64,000 nucleotides of DNA, taken from NCBI RefSeq assembly GCF_048403405.1, contig NZ_CP183129.1; one strand, written 5' to 3'. Positions 47,239 to 58,470 of this stretch are shown here, piece after piece. The translations under genes and the position numbers were made by a program. Below the pieces are notes generated by a model that had not been told where the DNA came from, searched no databases, and saw only the letters and a list, made by a program, of their open reading frames with translations. The DNA comes from Escherichia coli (lineage in GTDB: Bacteria; Pseudomonadota; Gammaproteobacteria; Enterobacterales; Enterobacteriaceae). Numbering within the stretch: position 1 is the first letter of the stretch; each line of letters begins with the position of its first letter.

Positions 47239-49218
47239 ATGAATCGTTTTATTATGGCCAACAGTCAGCAATGTCTGGGGTGTCATGCTTGTGAAATCGC
47301 CTGTGTCATGGCTCACAATGATGAACAACATGTCTTGAGCCAACACCATTTTCATCCCCGAATTACGGTTATCAAACATCAGCAGCAACGTAGTGCAGTG
47401 ACCTGTCACCATTGCGAAGATGCGCCCTGCGCCCGTAGCTGCCCTAATGGCGCAATCAGCCACGTTGATGACAGCATTCAGGTCAATCAGCAAAAGTGTA
47501 TTGGCTGTAAATCCTGCGTGGTGGCCTGTCCATTTGGTACGATGCAAATCGTCCTTACCCCCGTCGCGGCAGGAAAAGTAAAAGCCACGGCGCATAAATG
47601 CGACCTTTGTGCAGGGCGCGAAAACGGTCCTGCCTGTGTCGAGAATTGCCCGGCAGACGCGCTGCAACTGGTCACTGATGCCGCACTCTCCGGCATGGCG
47701 AAATCCCGCCGCTTGCGTACCGCACGTCAGGAACATCAACCGTGGCATGCCAGTACCGCGGCTCAAGAAATGCCGGTAATGAGTAAAGTCGAGCAAATGC
47801 AGGCAACGCCCGCGCGTGGCGAGCCGGACAAACTGGCGATTGAAGCGCGTAAAACCGGTTTTGATGAAATTTATCTGCCATTCCGTGCCGATCAGGCACA
47901 ACGGGAAGCCTCGCGCTGCCTTAAGTGCGGCGAGCACAGCGTTTGTGAATGGACCTGCCCGCTGCATAACCATATTCCGCAGTGGATTGAACTGGTGAAA
48001 GCCGGAAACATCGACGCCGCCGTCGAGCTTTCTCACCAGACCAACACTCTGCCGGAAATTACCGGACGCGTTTGTCCGCAAGACCGTTTGTGTGAAGGAG
48101 CCTGTACTATTCGCGATGAGCACGGTGCAGTAACTATCGGCAACATTGAACGCTACATTTCAGATCAGGCGTTGGCGAAAGGTTGGCGTCCTGACTTAAG
48201 CCATGTCACCAAAGTGGACAAGCGGGTGGCGATTATCGGTGCGGGTCCGGCAGGGCTGGCCTGTGCGGATGTTCTGACCCGCAATGGCGTGGCGGTGACG
48301 GTGTACGATCGCCATCCAGAAATTGGTGGCTTGCTCACTTTCGGCATTCCTTCTTTCAAACTGGATAAATCCCTGCTGGCACGCCGTCGGGAAATCTTCA
48401 GCGCGATGGGGATTCACTTCGAACTCAATTGTGAAGTGGGTAAAGATGTCTCTTTGGATTCGCTTTTGGAACAATACGACGCGGTCTTCGTTGGCGTAGG
48501 CACTTACCGTTCCATGAAAGCGGGTTTACCCAATGAAGATGCGCCAGGCGTTTATGACGCGCTGCCGTTCCTCATCGCCAACACTAAACAGGTGATGGGA
48601 CTCGAAGAGCTACCGGAAGAGCCGTTTATCAATACCGCCGGACTCAACGTCGTGGTACTGGGCGGCGGCGACACCGCGATGGACTGTGTGCGTACCGCGC
48701 TGCGCCACGGCGCGAGTAACGTCACCTGCGCTTATCGTCGTGATGAAGCTAACATGCCAGGCTCGAAGAAAGAGGTGAAGAACGCCCGCGAAGAGGGGGC
48801 CAACTTTGAATTTAACGTCCAGCCGGTGGCGCTTGAGCTGAATGAGCAAGGTCACGTTTGCGGAATTCGTTTCCTGCGCACGCGTCTTGGCGAGCCGGAT
48901 GCCCAGGGGCGTCGGCGTCCAGTGCCGGTGGAAGGCAGTGAATTTGTCATGCCAGCCGACGCGGTGATTATGGCGTTTGGCTTCAATCCACACGGGATGC
49001 CGTGGCTGGAATCGCACGGTGTAACGGTAGACAAATGGGGCCGCATCATCGCGGATGTGGAAAGCCAGTACCGTTATCAGACCACGAATCCGAAAATCTT
49101 CGCCGGTGGTGACGCCGTGCGTGGTGCGGATCTGGTGGTTACCGCAATGGCAGAAGGACGTCATGCGGCACAGGGGATTATTGACTGGCTGGGGGTAAAA
49201 TCAGTCAAATCTCACTGA
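47239..49218 (+). CDS. aegA: putative oxidoreductase AegA (Fe-S clusters plus GltD-like FAD/NAD(P) domain)
   Basis: 659-aa track ORF. N-terminal 4Fe-4S ferredoxin Cys motifs, then a glutamate-synthase small-subunit-like domain. Confidence 0.93.
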   Translation: MNRFIMANSQQCLGCHACEIACVMAHNDEQHVLSQHHFHPRITVIKHQQQRSAVTCHHCEDAPCARSCPNGAISHVDDSIQVNQQKCIGCKSCVVACPFGTMQIVLTPVAAGKVKATAHKCDLCAGRENGPACVENCPADALQLVTDAALSGMAKSRRLRTARQEHQPWHASTAAQEMPVMSKVEQMQATPARGEPDKLAIEARKTGFDEIYLPFRADQAQREASRCLKCGEHSVCEWTCPLHNHIPQWIELVKAGNIDAAVELSHQTNTLPEITGRVCPQDRLCEGACTIRDEHGAVTIGNIERYISDQALAKGWRPDLSHVTKVDKRVAIIGAGPAGLACADVLTRNGVAVTVYDRHPEIGGLLTFGIPSFKLDKSLLARRREIFSAMGIHFELNCEVGKDVSLDSLLEQYDAVFVGVGTYRSMKAGLPNEDAPGVYDALPFLIANTKQVMGLEELPEEPFINTAGLNVVVLGGGDTAMDCVRTALRHGASNVTCAYRRDEANMPGSKKEVKNAREEGANFEFNVQPVALELNEQGHVCGIRFLRTRLGEPDAQGRRRPVPVEGSEFVMPADAVIMAFGFNPHGMPWLESHGVTVDKWGRIIADVESQYRYQTTNPKIFAGGDAVRGADLVVTAMAEGRHAAQGIIDWLGVKSVKSH

Positions 49219-49285
49219 TAGCCTGCGCAGACAAACCCGGCTTCACAGCGTAAGATAATTGTTCATTTCGCGCTGTGGAGTCGGT

Positions 49286-49861
49286 ATGACGCAACAAATC
49301 ACCCTCATTAAAGACAAAATTCTCTCCGATAACTATTTCACCCTGCACAACATTACTTACGATCTCACGCGCAAAGATGGCGAAGTTATCCGTCATAAAC
49401 GTGAAGTTTACGATCGCGGTAATGGTGCGACGATCCTCCTGTACAACGCGAAGAAAAAGACCGTGGTTCTGATTCGTCAGTTCCGCGTCGCTACCTGGGT
49501 TAATGGCAATGAAAGCGGGCAGCTGATTGAAACCTGCGCCGGGCTGCTGGATAACGACGAACCGGAAGTGTGTATACGTAAAGAAGCAATTGAAGAGACG
49601 GGTTATGAAGTTGGCGAAGTGCGCAAATTATTTGAACTGTATATGTCGCCAGGCGGTGTGACTGAGCTAATCCACTTCTTTATCGCCGAATACAGTGACA
49701 GCCAGCGCGCTAACGCGGGCGGTGGTGTCGAAGATGAAGATATTGAAGTGCTCGAGCTGCCGTTCAGCCAGGCGCTGGAGATGATCAAAACCGGCGAGAT
49801 ACGTGACGGTAAGACGGTGTTATTGCTTAACTATTTGCAAATGTCACATTTAATGGACTGA
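49286..49861 (+). CDS. nudK: GDP-mannose pyrophosphatase NudK (Nudix hydrolase)
   Basis: Track ORF 49259..49861 trimmed to Met 10 ([18 protein letters not shown], 191 aa). Nudix box ([13 protein letters not shown]). Confidence 0.9.
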   Translation: MTQQITLIKDKILSDNYFTLHNITYDLTRKDGEVIRHKREVYDRGNGATILLYNAKKKTVVLIRQFRVATWVNGNESGQLIETCAGLLDNDEPEVCIRKEAIEETGYEVGEVRKLFELYMSPGGVTELIHFFIAEYSDSQRANAGGGVEDEDIEVLELPFSQALEMIKTGEIRDGKTVLLLNYLQMSHLMD

Positions 49862-49986
49862 AAAATAACAATAATATTTCGTTGTTTATTATTGGCTCAA
49901 TCCGACAAATCCGATTGAGCCGCGCTACCTGCGCAACGAAGATACGACTTGTGCTGTTTGTTTGAACTTCTGGGGTCGTACCGTCC

Positions 49987-51030
49987 ATGCGCTATCGCAT
50001 TTTCCTTCTCTTTTTTTTCGCTTTGTTGCCGACGTCTTTGGTGTGGGCGGCACCAGCGCAACGGGCGTTTTCCGACTGGCAGGTCACCTGTAATAACCAA
50101 AACTTCTGCGTGGCGCGTAATACGGGCGATCATAACGGACTGGTGATGACCCTGAGCCGCAGCGCCGGGGCGCATACCGATGCCGTTTTACGTATTGAGC
50201 GCGGCGGGTTGAAGTCGCCGGATGCGTCTGAAGGGGAGATAGCGCCACGGCTGCTGTTAGATGGTGAGCCGTTGGCGTTAAGTGGTGACAAGTGGCGGAT
50301 TTCACCATGGTTATTAGTAACCGATGATACGGCAACCATCACCGCGTTTTTGCAGCTGATTCAGGAAGGGAAGGCAATCACCTTACGCGATGGCAATCAG
50401 ACCATTTCTCTGAATGGCTTAAAAGCGGCGTTGTTGTTTATTGATGCTCAGCAAAAGCGCGTTGGCAGTGAAACCGCGTGGATAAAGAAAGGGGACGAAC
50501 CGCCGCTCAGCGTACCGCCCGCGCCTGCGCTGAAAGAGGTCGCGGTGGTTAACCCAACGCCGACGCCACTCTCACTCGAAGAACGCAACGATTTGCTGGA
50601 TTATGGAAACTGGCGGATGAATGGTCTGCGCTGCTCGCTTGATCCATTGCGTCGAGAGGTAAATGTCACTGCGCTGACCGATGATAAAGCGCTGATGATG
50701 ATTAGCTGTGAGGCAGGGGCCTATAACACCATTGATTTGGCCTGGATTGTGTCGCGTAAAAAGCCACTGGCCTCGCGCCCGGTTCGGTTACGTTTGCCGT
50801 TCAACAACGGTCAGGAGACGAATGAACTGGAACTGATGAACGCAACATTTGATGAGAAATCGCGTGAACTGGTGACCTTAGCGAAAGGGCGCGGATTAAG
50901 CGATTGTGGCATTCAGGCGCGCTGGCGCTTTGACGGTCAGCGTTTTCGCCTGGTGCGTTACGCCGCAGAACCCACCTGCGATAACTGGCATGGGCCAGAC
51001 GCCTGGCCCACGTTGTGGATCACCCGTTAA
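49987..51030 (+). CDS. ypfG: DUF1176-family periplasmic protein YpfG
   Basis: 347-aa track ORF with signal peptide (MRYRIFLLFFFALLPTSLVWA). Confidence 0.9.
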   Translation: MRYRIFLLFFFALLPTSLVWAAPAQRAFSDWQVTCNNQNFCVARNTGDHNGLVMTLSRSAGAHTDAVLRIERGGLKSPDASEGEIAPRLLLDGEPLALSGDKWRISPWLLVTDDTATITAFLQLIQEGKAITLRDGNQTISLNGLKAALLFIDAQQKRVGSETAWIKKGDEPPLSVPPAPALKEVAVVNPTPTPLSLEERNDLLDYGNWRMNGLRCSLDPLRREVNVTALTDDKALMMISCEAGAYNTIDLAWIVSRKKPLASRPVRLRLPFNNGQETNELELMNATFDEKSRELVTLAKGRGLSDCGIQARWRFDGQRFRLVRYAAEPTCDNWHGPDAWPTLWITR

Positions 51031-51070
51031 ACAAAATCCCAGATGCGCCCCTATAAAGCGCACGGACCGT

Positions 51071-51108
51071 CCCCTCGCCCCTCTGGGGAGAGGGTTAGGG
51101 TGAGGGGA
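51071..51108. repeat. GC-rich imperfect palindromic intergenic element (unclassified)
   Basis: CCCCTCGCCCCTCTGGGGAGAGGGTTAGGGTGAGGGG between the convergent ypfG and tktB 3' ends. Confidence 0.35.
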
Positions 51109-51132
51109 ACATACAGCATCCGGCGATCACCA

Positions 51133-53136
51133 TCAGGCACCTTTCACTCCCAGCACGTTATGCGCTTTTGCCACAATATTCTCGGCGGTAAAGCCAAAGA
51201 ACGGGAACAGCTTATCCGCCGGAGCAGATTCCCCATAGCCGGTCATCCCGACAATTGCCCCTTTCAGACCAACATATTTGTACCAGTAATCGGCGATGCC
51301 TGCTTCCACCGCCACGCGAGCCGCAACGTTAGAAGGCAACACCGACTCCCGATATTCCTCATCCTGGGCGTCGAAAATATCGGTCGAGGGCAGGGAAACT
51401 ACGCGTACATTGCGACCTTCTCCCGCTAATTTCTCTGCCGCTTGCAGGGTGATTTCCATCTCTGAACCGGTGGCAATCAAAATAATATCTGGCTTACCAC
51501 CGCTGTCTTTCAGTACATAACCGCCACGAGCAATCTCTTTAACCTGATCCGGCGTACGTTCCACCTGGGCCAGATTCTGCCTTGAGAGGATCAGTGCCGT
51601 CGGTCCGTTGTGGCGCTCAACGGCCAGCTTCCAGCCCACCGCTGCTTCCACCTGATCGCACGGTCGCCAGGTGCTGAAATTTGGCGTTAAGCGCAGACTG
51701 GCCAGTTGCTCAACAGCCTGGTGCGTAGGACCATCTTCGCCCAGACCAATTGAGTCGTGGGTATAAACCATAATCTGCCGCGCTTTCATTAGTGCCGCCA
51801 TCCGCGCGGCGTTACGGGCGTATTCAACAAACATCAGGAACGTCGCGGTATACGGCACAAAGCCGCCGTGGTGCGCAATGCCGTTGGCGATAGCGGTCAT
51901 GCCAAATTCACGCACCCCGTAGTGAATGTAGTTGCCCGCCGGATCTTCCTTCAGCGACACAGAACCTTTCCAGATGGTCAGGTTGCTGGGAGCCAGATCC
52001 GCCGAACCGCCGAGCAGCTCCGGTAGCAAGGGGCCATAAGCGTTAAGCGTATTTTGCGAAGCCTTACGGGTGGCGATTTTCGCCGGATTCGCCTGTAATT
52101 CATTGATATATTTCTGAGTCGTTTTCTCCCAGTCCTTCGGTAAACCACCGCTCATCCGACGGGTAAACTCTTCTGCCAGTTGCGGATGAGCCTTTTTATA
52201 GGCGGCAAACTTCTCATTCCAGCTCTGCTGCGCTTTTTCGCCTTTTTCGCGGGCATCCCAGGCGTGATAAATCTCTTTAGGGATCTCAAATGGCGGATGG
52301 TGCCAGCCCAGTTTTTGCCGTGCCAGCGCCACTTCTTCTTCCCCCAGTGGTGCGCCGTGCGCCTCTTCCTTACCTGCTTTATTCGGCGATCCAAAGCCAA
52401 TCACCGTACGGCAGATAATCAGCGACGGCTTATCTTTCACGCTTTGCGCTTCAAGGATCGCTTCCTTCACCGCCTGCGGATCGTGACCGTCGATCTCGTG
52501 GATCACATGCCAGTGATAGGCTTCAAAACGTTTTGCTGTATCGTCGGTAAACCAGCCTTCGGTTTCACCGTCGATGGAAATACCGTTGTGATCGTAAAAA
52601 CCAATCAGCTTGCCCAGTCCCAGCGTGCCCGCCAGCGAACAGACTTCGTGGGAAATACCTTCCATCAGGCAACCGTCGCCCATAAACACATAGGTGAAGT
52701 GATCGACAATTTCATGATCCGGCTGGTTAAACTGCGCCGCCAGTGTACGCTCTGCTATCGCCAGCCCGACGGCGTTCGCCAAACCTTGTCCAAGTGGACC
52801 GGTGGTGGTTTCAACACCTGGCGTATAACCAATCTCCGGGTGACCTGGGGTTTTTGAATGCAACTGACGGAAGTTCTTCAGTTCTTCCAGCGGCAGGTCG
52901 TAACCGGTCAGATGTAGCAAACTGTAGAGCAGCATCGACGCGTGGCCGTTGGAAAGAATAAAGCGGTCGCGATCATACCAGGTTGGGTCGGTGGGGTTAT
53001 GTTTAAGAAAATCGTTCCACAGCACTTCGGCAATATCAGCCATGCCCATCGGCGCGCCGGGATGACCAGAATTGGCTTTTTGTACCGCATCCATACTGAG
53101 TGCGCGAATCGCATTGGCAAGGTCTTTTCGGGACAT
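51133..53136 (-). CDS. tktB: transketolase 2
   Basis: Track ORF 51133..53199 trimmed to Met 22 ([27 protein letters not shown], 667 aa). Confidence 0.95.
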   Translation of the reverse strand: MSRKDLANAIRALSMDAVQKANSGHPGAPMGMADIAEVLWNDFLKHNPTDPTWYDRDRFILSNGHASMLLYSLLHLTGYDLPLEELKNFRQLHSKTPGHPEIGYTPGVETTTGPLGQGLANAVGLAIAERTLAAQFNQPDHEIVDHFTYVFMGDGCLMEGISHEVCSLAGTLGLGKLIGFYDHNGISIDGETEGWFTDDTAKRFEAYHWHVIHEIDGHDPQAVKEAILEAQSVKDKPSLIICRTVIGFGSPNKAGKEEAHGAPLGEEEVALARQKLGWHHPPFEIPKEIYHAWDAREKGEKAQQSWNEKFAAYKKAHPQLAEEFTRRMSGGLPKDWEKTTQKYINELQANPAKIATRKASQNTLNAYGPLLPELLGGSADLAPSNLTIWKGSVSLKEDPAGNYIHYGVREFGMTAIANGIAHHGGFVPYTATFLMFVEYARNAARMAALMKARQIMVYTHDSIGLGEDGPTHQAVEQLASLRLTPNFSTWRPCDQVEAAVGWKLAVERHNGPTALILSRQNLAQVERTPDQVKEIARGGYVLKDSGGKPDIILIATGSEMEITLQAAEKLAGEGRNVRVVSLPSTDIFDAQDEEYRESVLPSNVAARVAVEAGIADYWYKYVGLKGAIVGMTGYGESAPADKLFPFFGFTAENIVAKAHNVLGVKGA

Positions 53137-53155
53137 ATAACACTCCGTGGCTGGT

Positions 53156-54106
53156 TTATAGTTTGGCGGCAAGAAGATCTTCCAGTTTGCGTTGATCAAC
53201 GGCGAACAGACGAATGCCTTCAGACAGTTTTTCTACCGCCATTGCATCCTGATTGTGCTCCCAACGGAACTCCGCTTCGCTCATGGGAGCTGGGCGTGGG
53301 AACGTCTGAGAAGGTGGGATTAATTTACGTACCACTGGCGAAACTTTTTCCTGCAGCTCCTTCAGCAAATTCGGTGCGATAGTCAGTCGATCGCAGCCGG
53401 TTAAGGCGAGGATTTGTTCGGTGCGACGGAAGCTCGCGCCCATCACAATGGTTTCATAGTGGTGTTGCTTATAGTAGTCGTAGATATTGCGTACTGATTT
53501 AACGCCTGGATCTTCTTCCACCACATACGGGTCCATCGGCTTGCGTGCCTGATACCAGTCATAAATACGCCCGACAAACGGCGAAATCAGAAAAACGCCC
53601 GCTTCTGCACAGGCCCGCGCCTGTGCAAAAGAAAACAGCAGCGTCAGGTTGCAGTTAATACCTTCTTTTTCCAGCTCTTCTGCCGCGCGAATTCCTTCCC
53701 AGGTTGAAGCCAACTTGATCAAAATGCGTGATTTCTCAACGCCTTGTTGCTGATACAAGTCCACCAGATGGCGCGCCTTCTCAATACTCTTTTCTTTATC
53801 AAAAGAGAGGCGTGCATCAACTTCTGTTGACACGCGACCGGGTACGATTTTGAGAATTTCAGCACCGAAATTGACCGCCAGTTTGTCACACGCTGCGACC
53901 ACCTGTTGTTCCTGGGTTTTGCCATTTTTTCTACCCCAGGCGATAGCATCGTCTATTAAATGCTCATATTGTGATAATCCGGCAGCCTTGAGTAACAGCG
54001 AAGGATTGGTGGTGGCATCCTGGGGATGATAATGGCGAATGGACTCAATATCGCCGCTGTCTGCCACGACAGTGGTGAACTGTTTGATGCCGTCTAACTC
54101 GTTCAT
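53156..54106 (-). CDS. talA: transaldolase A
   Basis: 316-aa track ORF ([22 protein letters not shown]). Directly upstream of tktB. Confidence 0.95.
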   Translation of the reverse strand: MNELDGIKQFTTVVADSGDIESIRHYHPQDATTNPSLLLKAAGLSQYEHLIDDAIAWGRKNGKTQEQQVVAACDKLAVNFGAEILKIVPGRVSTEVDARLSFDKEKSIEKARHLVDLYQQQGVEKSRILIKLASTWEGIRAAEELEKEGINCNLTLLFSFAQARACAEAGVFLISPFVGRIYDWYQARKPMDPYVVEEDPGVKSVRNIYDYYKQHHYETIVMGASFRRTEQILALTGCDRLTIAPNLLKELQEKVSPVVRKLIPPSQTFPRPAPMSEAEFRWEHNQDAMAVEKLSEGIRLFAVDQRKLEDLLAAKL

Positions 54107-54394
54107 AGGAAATACTCCTTGAAAAGTAAAGTGTTAGATGAGTGCGTTAATTCACACTTCTGAGAAATTTCGCTAAACGCATCAAAAAAGCATAGCAGAC
54201 AGGCATGGTATTGCTGGATTAAGCAGGTAACATCAGTGTTATAGGATTATTACCAAAACATTATATTAATGGTGAGAGTTTGGACTTGCTCAAAGTCTGT
54301 AGACTCCGGCAAGGTAATAATGTGCGCCACGTTGTGGGCAGGGGCTGTTGCCCACACACTTTATTTGTGAACGTTACGTGAAAGGAACAACCAA

Positions 54395-56674
54395 ATGGAT
54401 GACCAGTTAAAACAAAGTGCACTTGATTTCCATGAATTTCCAGTTCCAGGGAAAATCCAGGTTTCTCCAACCAAGCCTCTGGCAACGCAGCGCGATCTGG
54501 CGCTGGCCTACTCACCAGGCGTTGCCGCACCTTGTCTTGAAATCGAAAAAGACCCGTTAAAAGCCTACAAATATACCGCGCGCGGTAACCTGGTGGCGGT
54601 GATCTCTAACGGTACGGCGGTGCTGGGGTTAGGCAACATTGGCGCGCTGGCAGGCAAACCGGTGATGGAAGGCAAGGGCGTTCTGTTTAAGAAATTCGCC
54701 GGGATTGATGTATTTGACATTGAAGTTGATGAACTCGACCCGGACAAATTTATTGAAGTCGTCGCCGCGCTTGAACCGACCTTCGGCGGCATCAACCTCG
54801 AAGACATTAAAGCGCCAGAATGTTTCTATATTGAACAGAAACTGCGCGAGCGGATGAATATTCCGGTATTCCACGACGATCAGCACGGCACGGCAATCAT
54901 CAGCACTGCCGCCATCCTCAACGGTTTGCGCGTGGTGGAGAAAAACATCTCTGACGTGCGGATGGTGGTTTCCGGCGCGGGTGCCGCAGCAATCGCCTGT
55001 ATGAACCTGCTGGTAGCGCTGGGTCTGCAAAAACATAACATCGTGGTTTGCGACTCAAAAGGCGTTATCTATCAGGGCCGTGAGCCAAACATGGCGGAAA
55101 CCAAAGCCGCATATGCGGTGGTGGATGACGGCAAACGTACCCTCGATGATGTGATTGAAGGCGCGGATATTTTCCTCGGCTGTTCCGGCCCGAAAGTGCT
55201 GACCCAGGAAATGGTGAAGAAAATGGCTCGAGCGCCAATGATCCTGGCGCTGGCGAACCCGGAACCGGAAATTCTGCCGCCGCTGGCGAAAGAAGTGCGT
55301 CCGGATGCCATCATCTGCACCGGTCGTTCCGACTACCCGAACCAGGTGAACAACGTTCTTTGCTTCCCGTTCATCTTCCGTGGCGCGCTGGACGTTGGCG
55401 CAACGGCTATCAATGAAGAGATGAAACTGGCGGCAGTACGCGCGATTGCAGAACTGGCCCATGCGGAACAGAGTGAAGTGGTGGCTTCAGCTTATGGCGA
55501 TCAGGATCTGAGCTTTGGTCCGGAATACATCATTCCAAAACCGTTTGATCCGCGCTTGATCGTTAAGATCGCTCCTGCGGTCGCTAAAGCCGCGATGGAG
55601 TCGGGCGTGGCGACGCGTCCGATTGCTGATTTCGACGTCTACATCGACAAGCTGACGGAGTTCGTTTACAAAACCAACCTGTTTATGAAGCCGATTTTTT
55701 CCCAGGCTCGCAAAGCGCCGAAGCGCGTCGTTCTGCCGGAAGGGGAAGAGGCGCGCGTTCTGCATGCCACTCAGGAACTGGTAACGCTGGGGCTGGCGAA
55801 ACCGATCCTTATCGGTCGTCCGAACGTGATCGAAATGCGCATTCAGAAACTGGGCTTGCAGATCAAAGCGGGTGTTGATTTTGAGATCGTCAATAACGAA
55901 TCCGATCCGCGCTTTAAAGAGTACTGGACTGAATACTTCCAGATCATGAAGCGTCGCGGTGTCACTCAGGAACAGGCTCAGCGTGCGCTGATCAGTAATC
56001 CGACAGTGATCGGCGCAATCATGGTTCAGCGTGGCGAAGCCGATGCAATGATCTGCGGTACGGTGGGCGATTATCATGAACATTTTAGCGTGGTAAAAAA
56101 TGTCTTTGGTTATCGCGATGGCGTTCACACCGCAGGTGCCATGAACGCGCTGCTGCTGCCGAGTGGTAACACCTTTATTGCCGATACCTACGTCAATGAC
56201 GAACCAGACGCAGAAGAGCTGGCGGAGATCACCTTGATGGCGGCAGAAACTGTTCGTCGTTTTGGCATTGAGCCGCGTGTGGCTCTGTTGTCGCACTCCA
56301 ACTTTGGTTCTTCTGACTGCCCGTCGTCGAGCAAAATGCGTCAGGCGCTGGAACTGGTCAGGGAACGTGCACCAGAACTGATGATTGATGGTGAAATGCA
56401 CGGCGATGCAGCGCTGGTGGAAGCGATTCGCAGCGACCGTATGCCGGACAGCCCTTTGAAAGGTTCCGCTAATATTCTGGTGATGCCGAACATGGAAGCT
56501 GCCCGCATTAGTTACAACTTATTGCGCGTTTCCAGCTCGGAAGGTGTGACTGTCGGCCCGGTGCTGATGGGCGTGGCGAAACCGGTTCACGTGTTAACGC
56601 CGATCGCATCGGTACGTCGTATCGTCAACATGGTGGCGCTAGCCGTGGTTGAAGCACAAACCCAACCGCTGTAA
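54395..56674 (+). CDS. maeB: NADP-dependent malic enzyme
   Basis: 759-aa track ORF ([23 protein letters not shown]). Malic-enzyme domain plus C-terminal PTA-like domain. Confidence 0.95.
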   Translation: MDDQLKQSALDFHEFPVPGKIQVSPTKPLATQRDLALAYSPGVAAPCLEIEKDPLKAYKYTARGNLVAVISNGTAVLGLGNIGALAGKPVMEGKGVLFKKFAGIDVFDIEVDELDPDKFIEVVAALEPTFGGINLEDIKAPECFYIEQKLRERMNIPVFHDDQHGTAIISTAAILNGLRVVEKNISDVRMVVSGAGAAAIACMNLLVALGLQKHNIVVCDSKGVIYQGREPNMAETKAAYAVVDDGKRTLDDVIEGADIFLGCSGPKVLTQEMVKKMARAPMILALANPEPEILPPLAKEVRPDAIICTGRSDYPNQVNNVLCFPFIFRGALDVGATAINEEMKLAAVRAIAELAHAEQSEVVASAYGDQDLSFGPEYIIPKPFDPRLIVKIAPAVAKAAMESGVATRPIADFDVYIDKLTEFVYKTNLFMKPIFSQARKAPKRVVLPEGEEARVLHATQELVTLGLAKPILIGRPNVIEMRIQKLGLQIKAGVDFEIVNNESDPRFKEYWTEYFQIMKRRGVTQEQAQRALISNPTVIGAIMVQRGEADAMICGTVGDYHEHFSVVKNVFGYRDGVHTAGAMNALLLPSGNTFIADTYVNDEPDAEELAEITLMAAETVRRFGIEPRVALLSHSNFGSSDCPSSSKMRQALELVRERAPELMIDGEMHGDAALVEAIRSDRMPDSPLKGSANILVMPNMEAARISYNLLRVSSSEGVTVGPVLMGVAKPVHVLTPIASVRRIVNMVALAVVEAQTQPL

Positions 56675-56691
56675 TTCATTCTTAACTCTCA

Positions 56692-56724
56692 CGCTTACCC
56701 TGAATATTCAGGGTAAGCGGTTTT
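56692..56724 (+). terminator. rho-independent terminator after maeB
   Basis: Perfect 28-nt palindrome CGCTTACCCTGAATATTCAGGGTAAGCG followed by GTTTT. Confidence 0.6.
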
Positions 56725-56966
56725 CCTGAAATATATTAGCAAAGCTTATTACTGAGTTTGCGAATAATAAAAAAAGCAGTATATAAAATATCTCGATATT
56801 ATTTTATTTATATTCATGCCTCGCATATGAAAGTTTATTCATAACAGTAAATATCTCTCCATTCTTAGTGATCTACCTCACCTTTTAAACGCGCTTGCCG
56901 AATTTTGTTATTTACTCTGACGAAAAATTGTCACGATACACGAAAGTTTTTCACAGGCGGCGACTC

Positions 56967-57302
56967 ATGGATAAAGAACGCATCATTCAGGAATTTGTGC
57001 CCGGCAAACAGGTCACACTGGCGCATCTCATCGCGCATCCCGGCGAGGAACTGGAGAAGAAAATCGGCGTTCCTGATGCGGGCGCAATCGGCATTATGAC
57101 GCTAACTCCCGGCGAAACGGCGATGATCGCCGGTGATTTAGCACTAAAAGCCGCCGATGTGCATATCGGTTTTCTCGACCGTTTTAGCGGCGCGTTGGTG
57201 ATTTATGGCTCGGTGGGTGCAGTAGAAGAAGCGTTATCACAAACCGTCAGCGGTTTAGGGCGTTTATTAAATTATACGCTTTGTGAAATGACCAAAAGTT
57301 AA
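56967..57302 (+). CDS. eutS: ethanolamine-utilisation microcompartment shell protein EutS
   Basis: Track ORF 56895..57302 trimmed to Met 25 ([16 protein letters not shown], 111 aa). BMC-domain protein. Confidence 0.9.
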   Translation: MDKERIIQEFVPGKQVTLAHLIAHPGEELEKKIGVPDAGAIGIMTLTPGETAMIAGDLALKAADVHIGFLDRFSGALVIYGSVGAVEEALSQTVSGLGRLLNYTLCEMTKS

Positions 57303-57314
57303 TACGAGGCATTC

Positions 57315-57794
57315 ATGAAACGAATTGCGTTTGTGGGTACCGTCGGGGCAGGAAAAACAACGTTATTTAATGCGTTGCAGGGAGATTATACCCTCGCCAG
57401 AAAAACGCAGGCCGTAGAATTTAATGATAAGGGCGATATTGATACGCCGGGTGAATATTTTAGCCATCCCCGCTGGTATCACGCCTTAATTACCACGCTA
57501 CAGGATGTGGACATGCTGATCTATGTCCATGGCGCGAATGACCCGGAAAGTCGGTTGCCTGCCGGGTTGCTGGATATTGGCGTCAGCAAACGGCAAATCG
57601 CCGTCATCAGTAAAACGGACATGCCAGATGCTGACGTCGCCGCAACGCGAAAGTTATTGCTTGAGACGGGCTTCGAAGAGCCGATTTTCGAGCTAAACAG
57701 CCACGACCCGCAAAGCGTGCAGCAACTGGTGGATTATCTGGCATCTCTCACCAAACAGGAGGAAGCAGGTGAAAAAACTCATCACAGCGAATGA
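57315..57794 (+). CDS. eutP: ethanolamine-utilisation acetate kinase/GTPase-like protein EutP
   Basis: 159-aa track ORF with P-loop GTVGAGKTT. Confidence 0.93.
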   Translation: MKRIAFVGTVGAGKTTLFNALQGDYTLARKTQAVEFNDKGDIDTPGEYFSHPRWYHALITTLQDVDMLIYVHGANDPESRLPAGLLDIGVSKRQIAVISKTDMPDADVAATRKLLLETGFEEPIFELNSHDPQSVQQLVDYLASLTKQEEAGEKTHHSE

Positions 57795-58470
57795 TATTCG
57801 TGAAGCACACGCGCGCGGCGAACAGGCAATGTCCGTGGTTCTGCGCGCCAGCATTATTACCCCGGAAGCCCGTGAAGTGGCAGATCTACTGGGTTTTACC
57901 ATCACTGAATGTGATGAATCGACCCCGGTAACGGCGTCCGTTCCCGCCTGCGTGCCAGCCGATAAAACCGAAAGCCAGCGTATCCGCGAAACCATCATCG
58001 CCCAGCTACCGGAAGGCCAGTTTACCGAAAGCCTGGTCGCGCAGCTGATGGAAAAAGTGATGAAGGAAAAACAGTCACTGGAGCAGGGTGCAATGCAGCC
58101 GAGTTTCAAATCGGTGACCGGCAAAGGCGGCATCAAAGTTATTGATGGCAGCAGCGTCAAGTTTGGTCGTTTCGACGGCGCAGAGCCGCATTGCGTGGGC
58201 TTGACTGATCTTGTGACCGGAGACGACGGCAGCAGCATGGCCGCCGGTTTTATGCAGTGGGAGAACGCATTCTTCCCGTGGACCCTGAACTACGACGAAA
58301 TCGACATGGTGCTGGAAGGGGAGCTGCATGTTCGCCACGAAGGCGAAACCATGATCGCCAAAGCAGGCGACGTAATGTTTATCCCGAAAGGCTCCAGCAT
58401 CGAATTTGGTACGACATCCAGCGTGAAATTCCTGTATGTCGCCTGGCCGGCTAACTGGCAATCCCTATGA
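57769..58470 (+). CDS. eutQ: ethanolamine-utilisation protein EutQ (cupin-fold acetate kinase)
   Basis: 233-aa track ORF. Overlaps the eutP 3' end by 26 nt. Confidence 0.93.
   Translation: MKKLITANDIREAHARGEQAMSVVLRASIITPEAREVADLLGFTITECDESTPVTASVPACVPADKTESQRIRETIIAQLPEGQFTESLVAQLMEKVMKEKQSLEQGAMQPSFKSVTGKGGIKVIDGSSVKFGRFDGAEPHCVGLTDLVTGDDGSSMAAGFMQWENAFFPWTLNYDEIDMVLEGELHVRHEGETMIAKAGDVMFIPKGSSIEFGTTSSVKFLYVAWPANWQSL

Noticed and set aside
47215-48123. 302-aa minus-strand ORF
   Set aside because: Antisense to aegA, whose Fe-S Cys motifs unambiguously define the plus-strand frame.
55487-56401. 304-aa minus-strand ORF
   Set aside because: Antisense to maeB. No independent start signals or conserved motifs.
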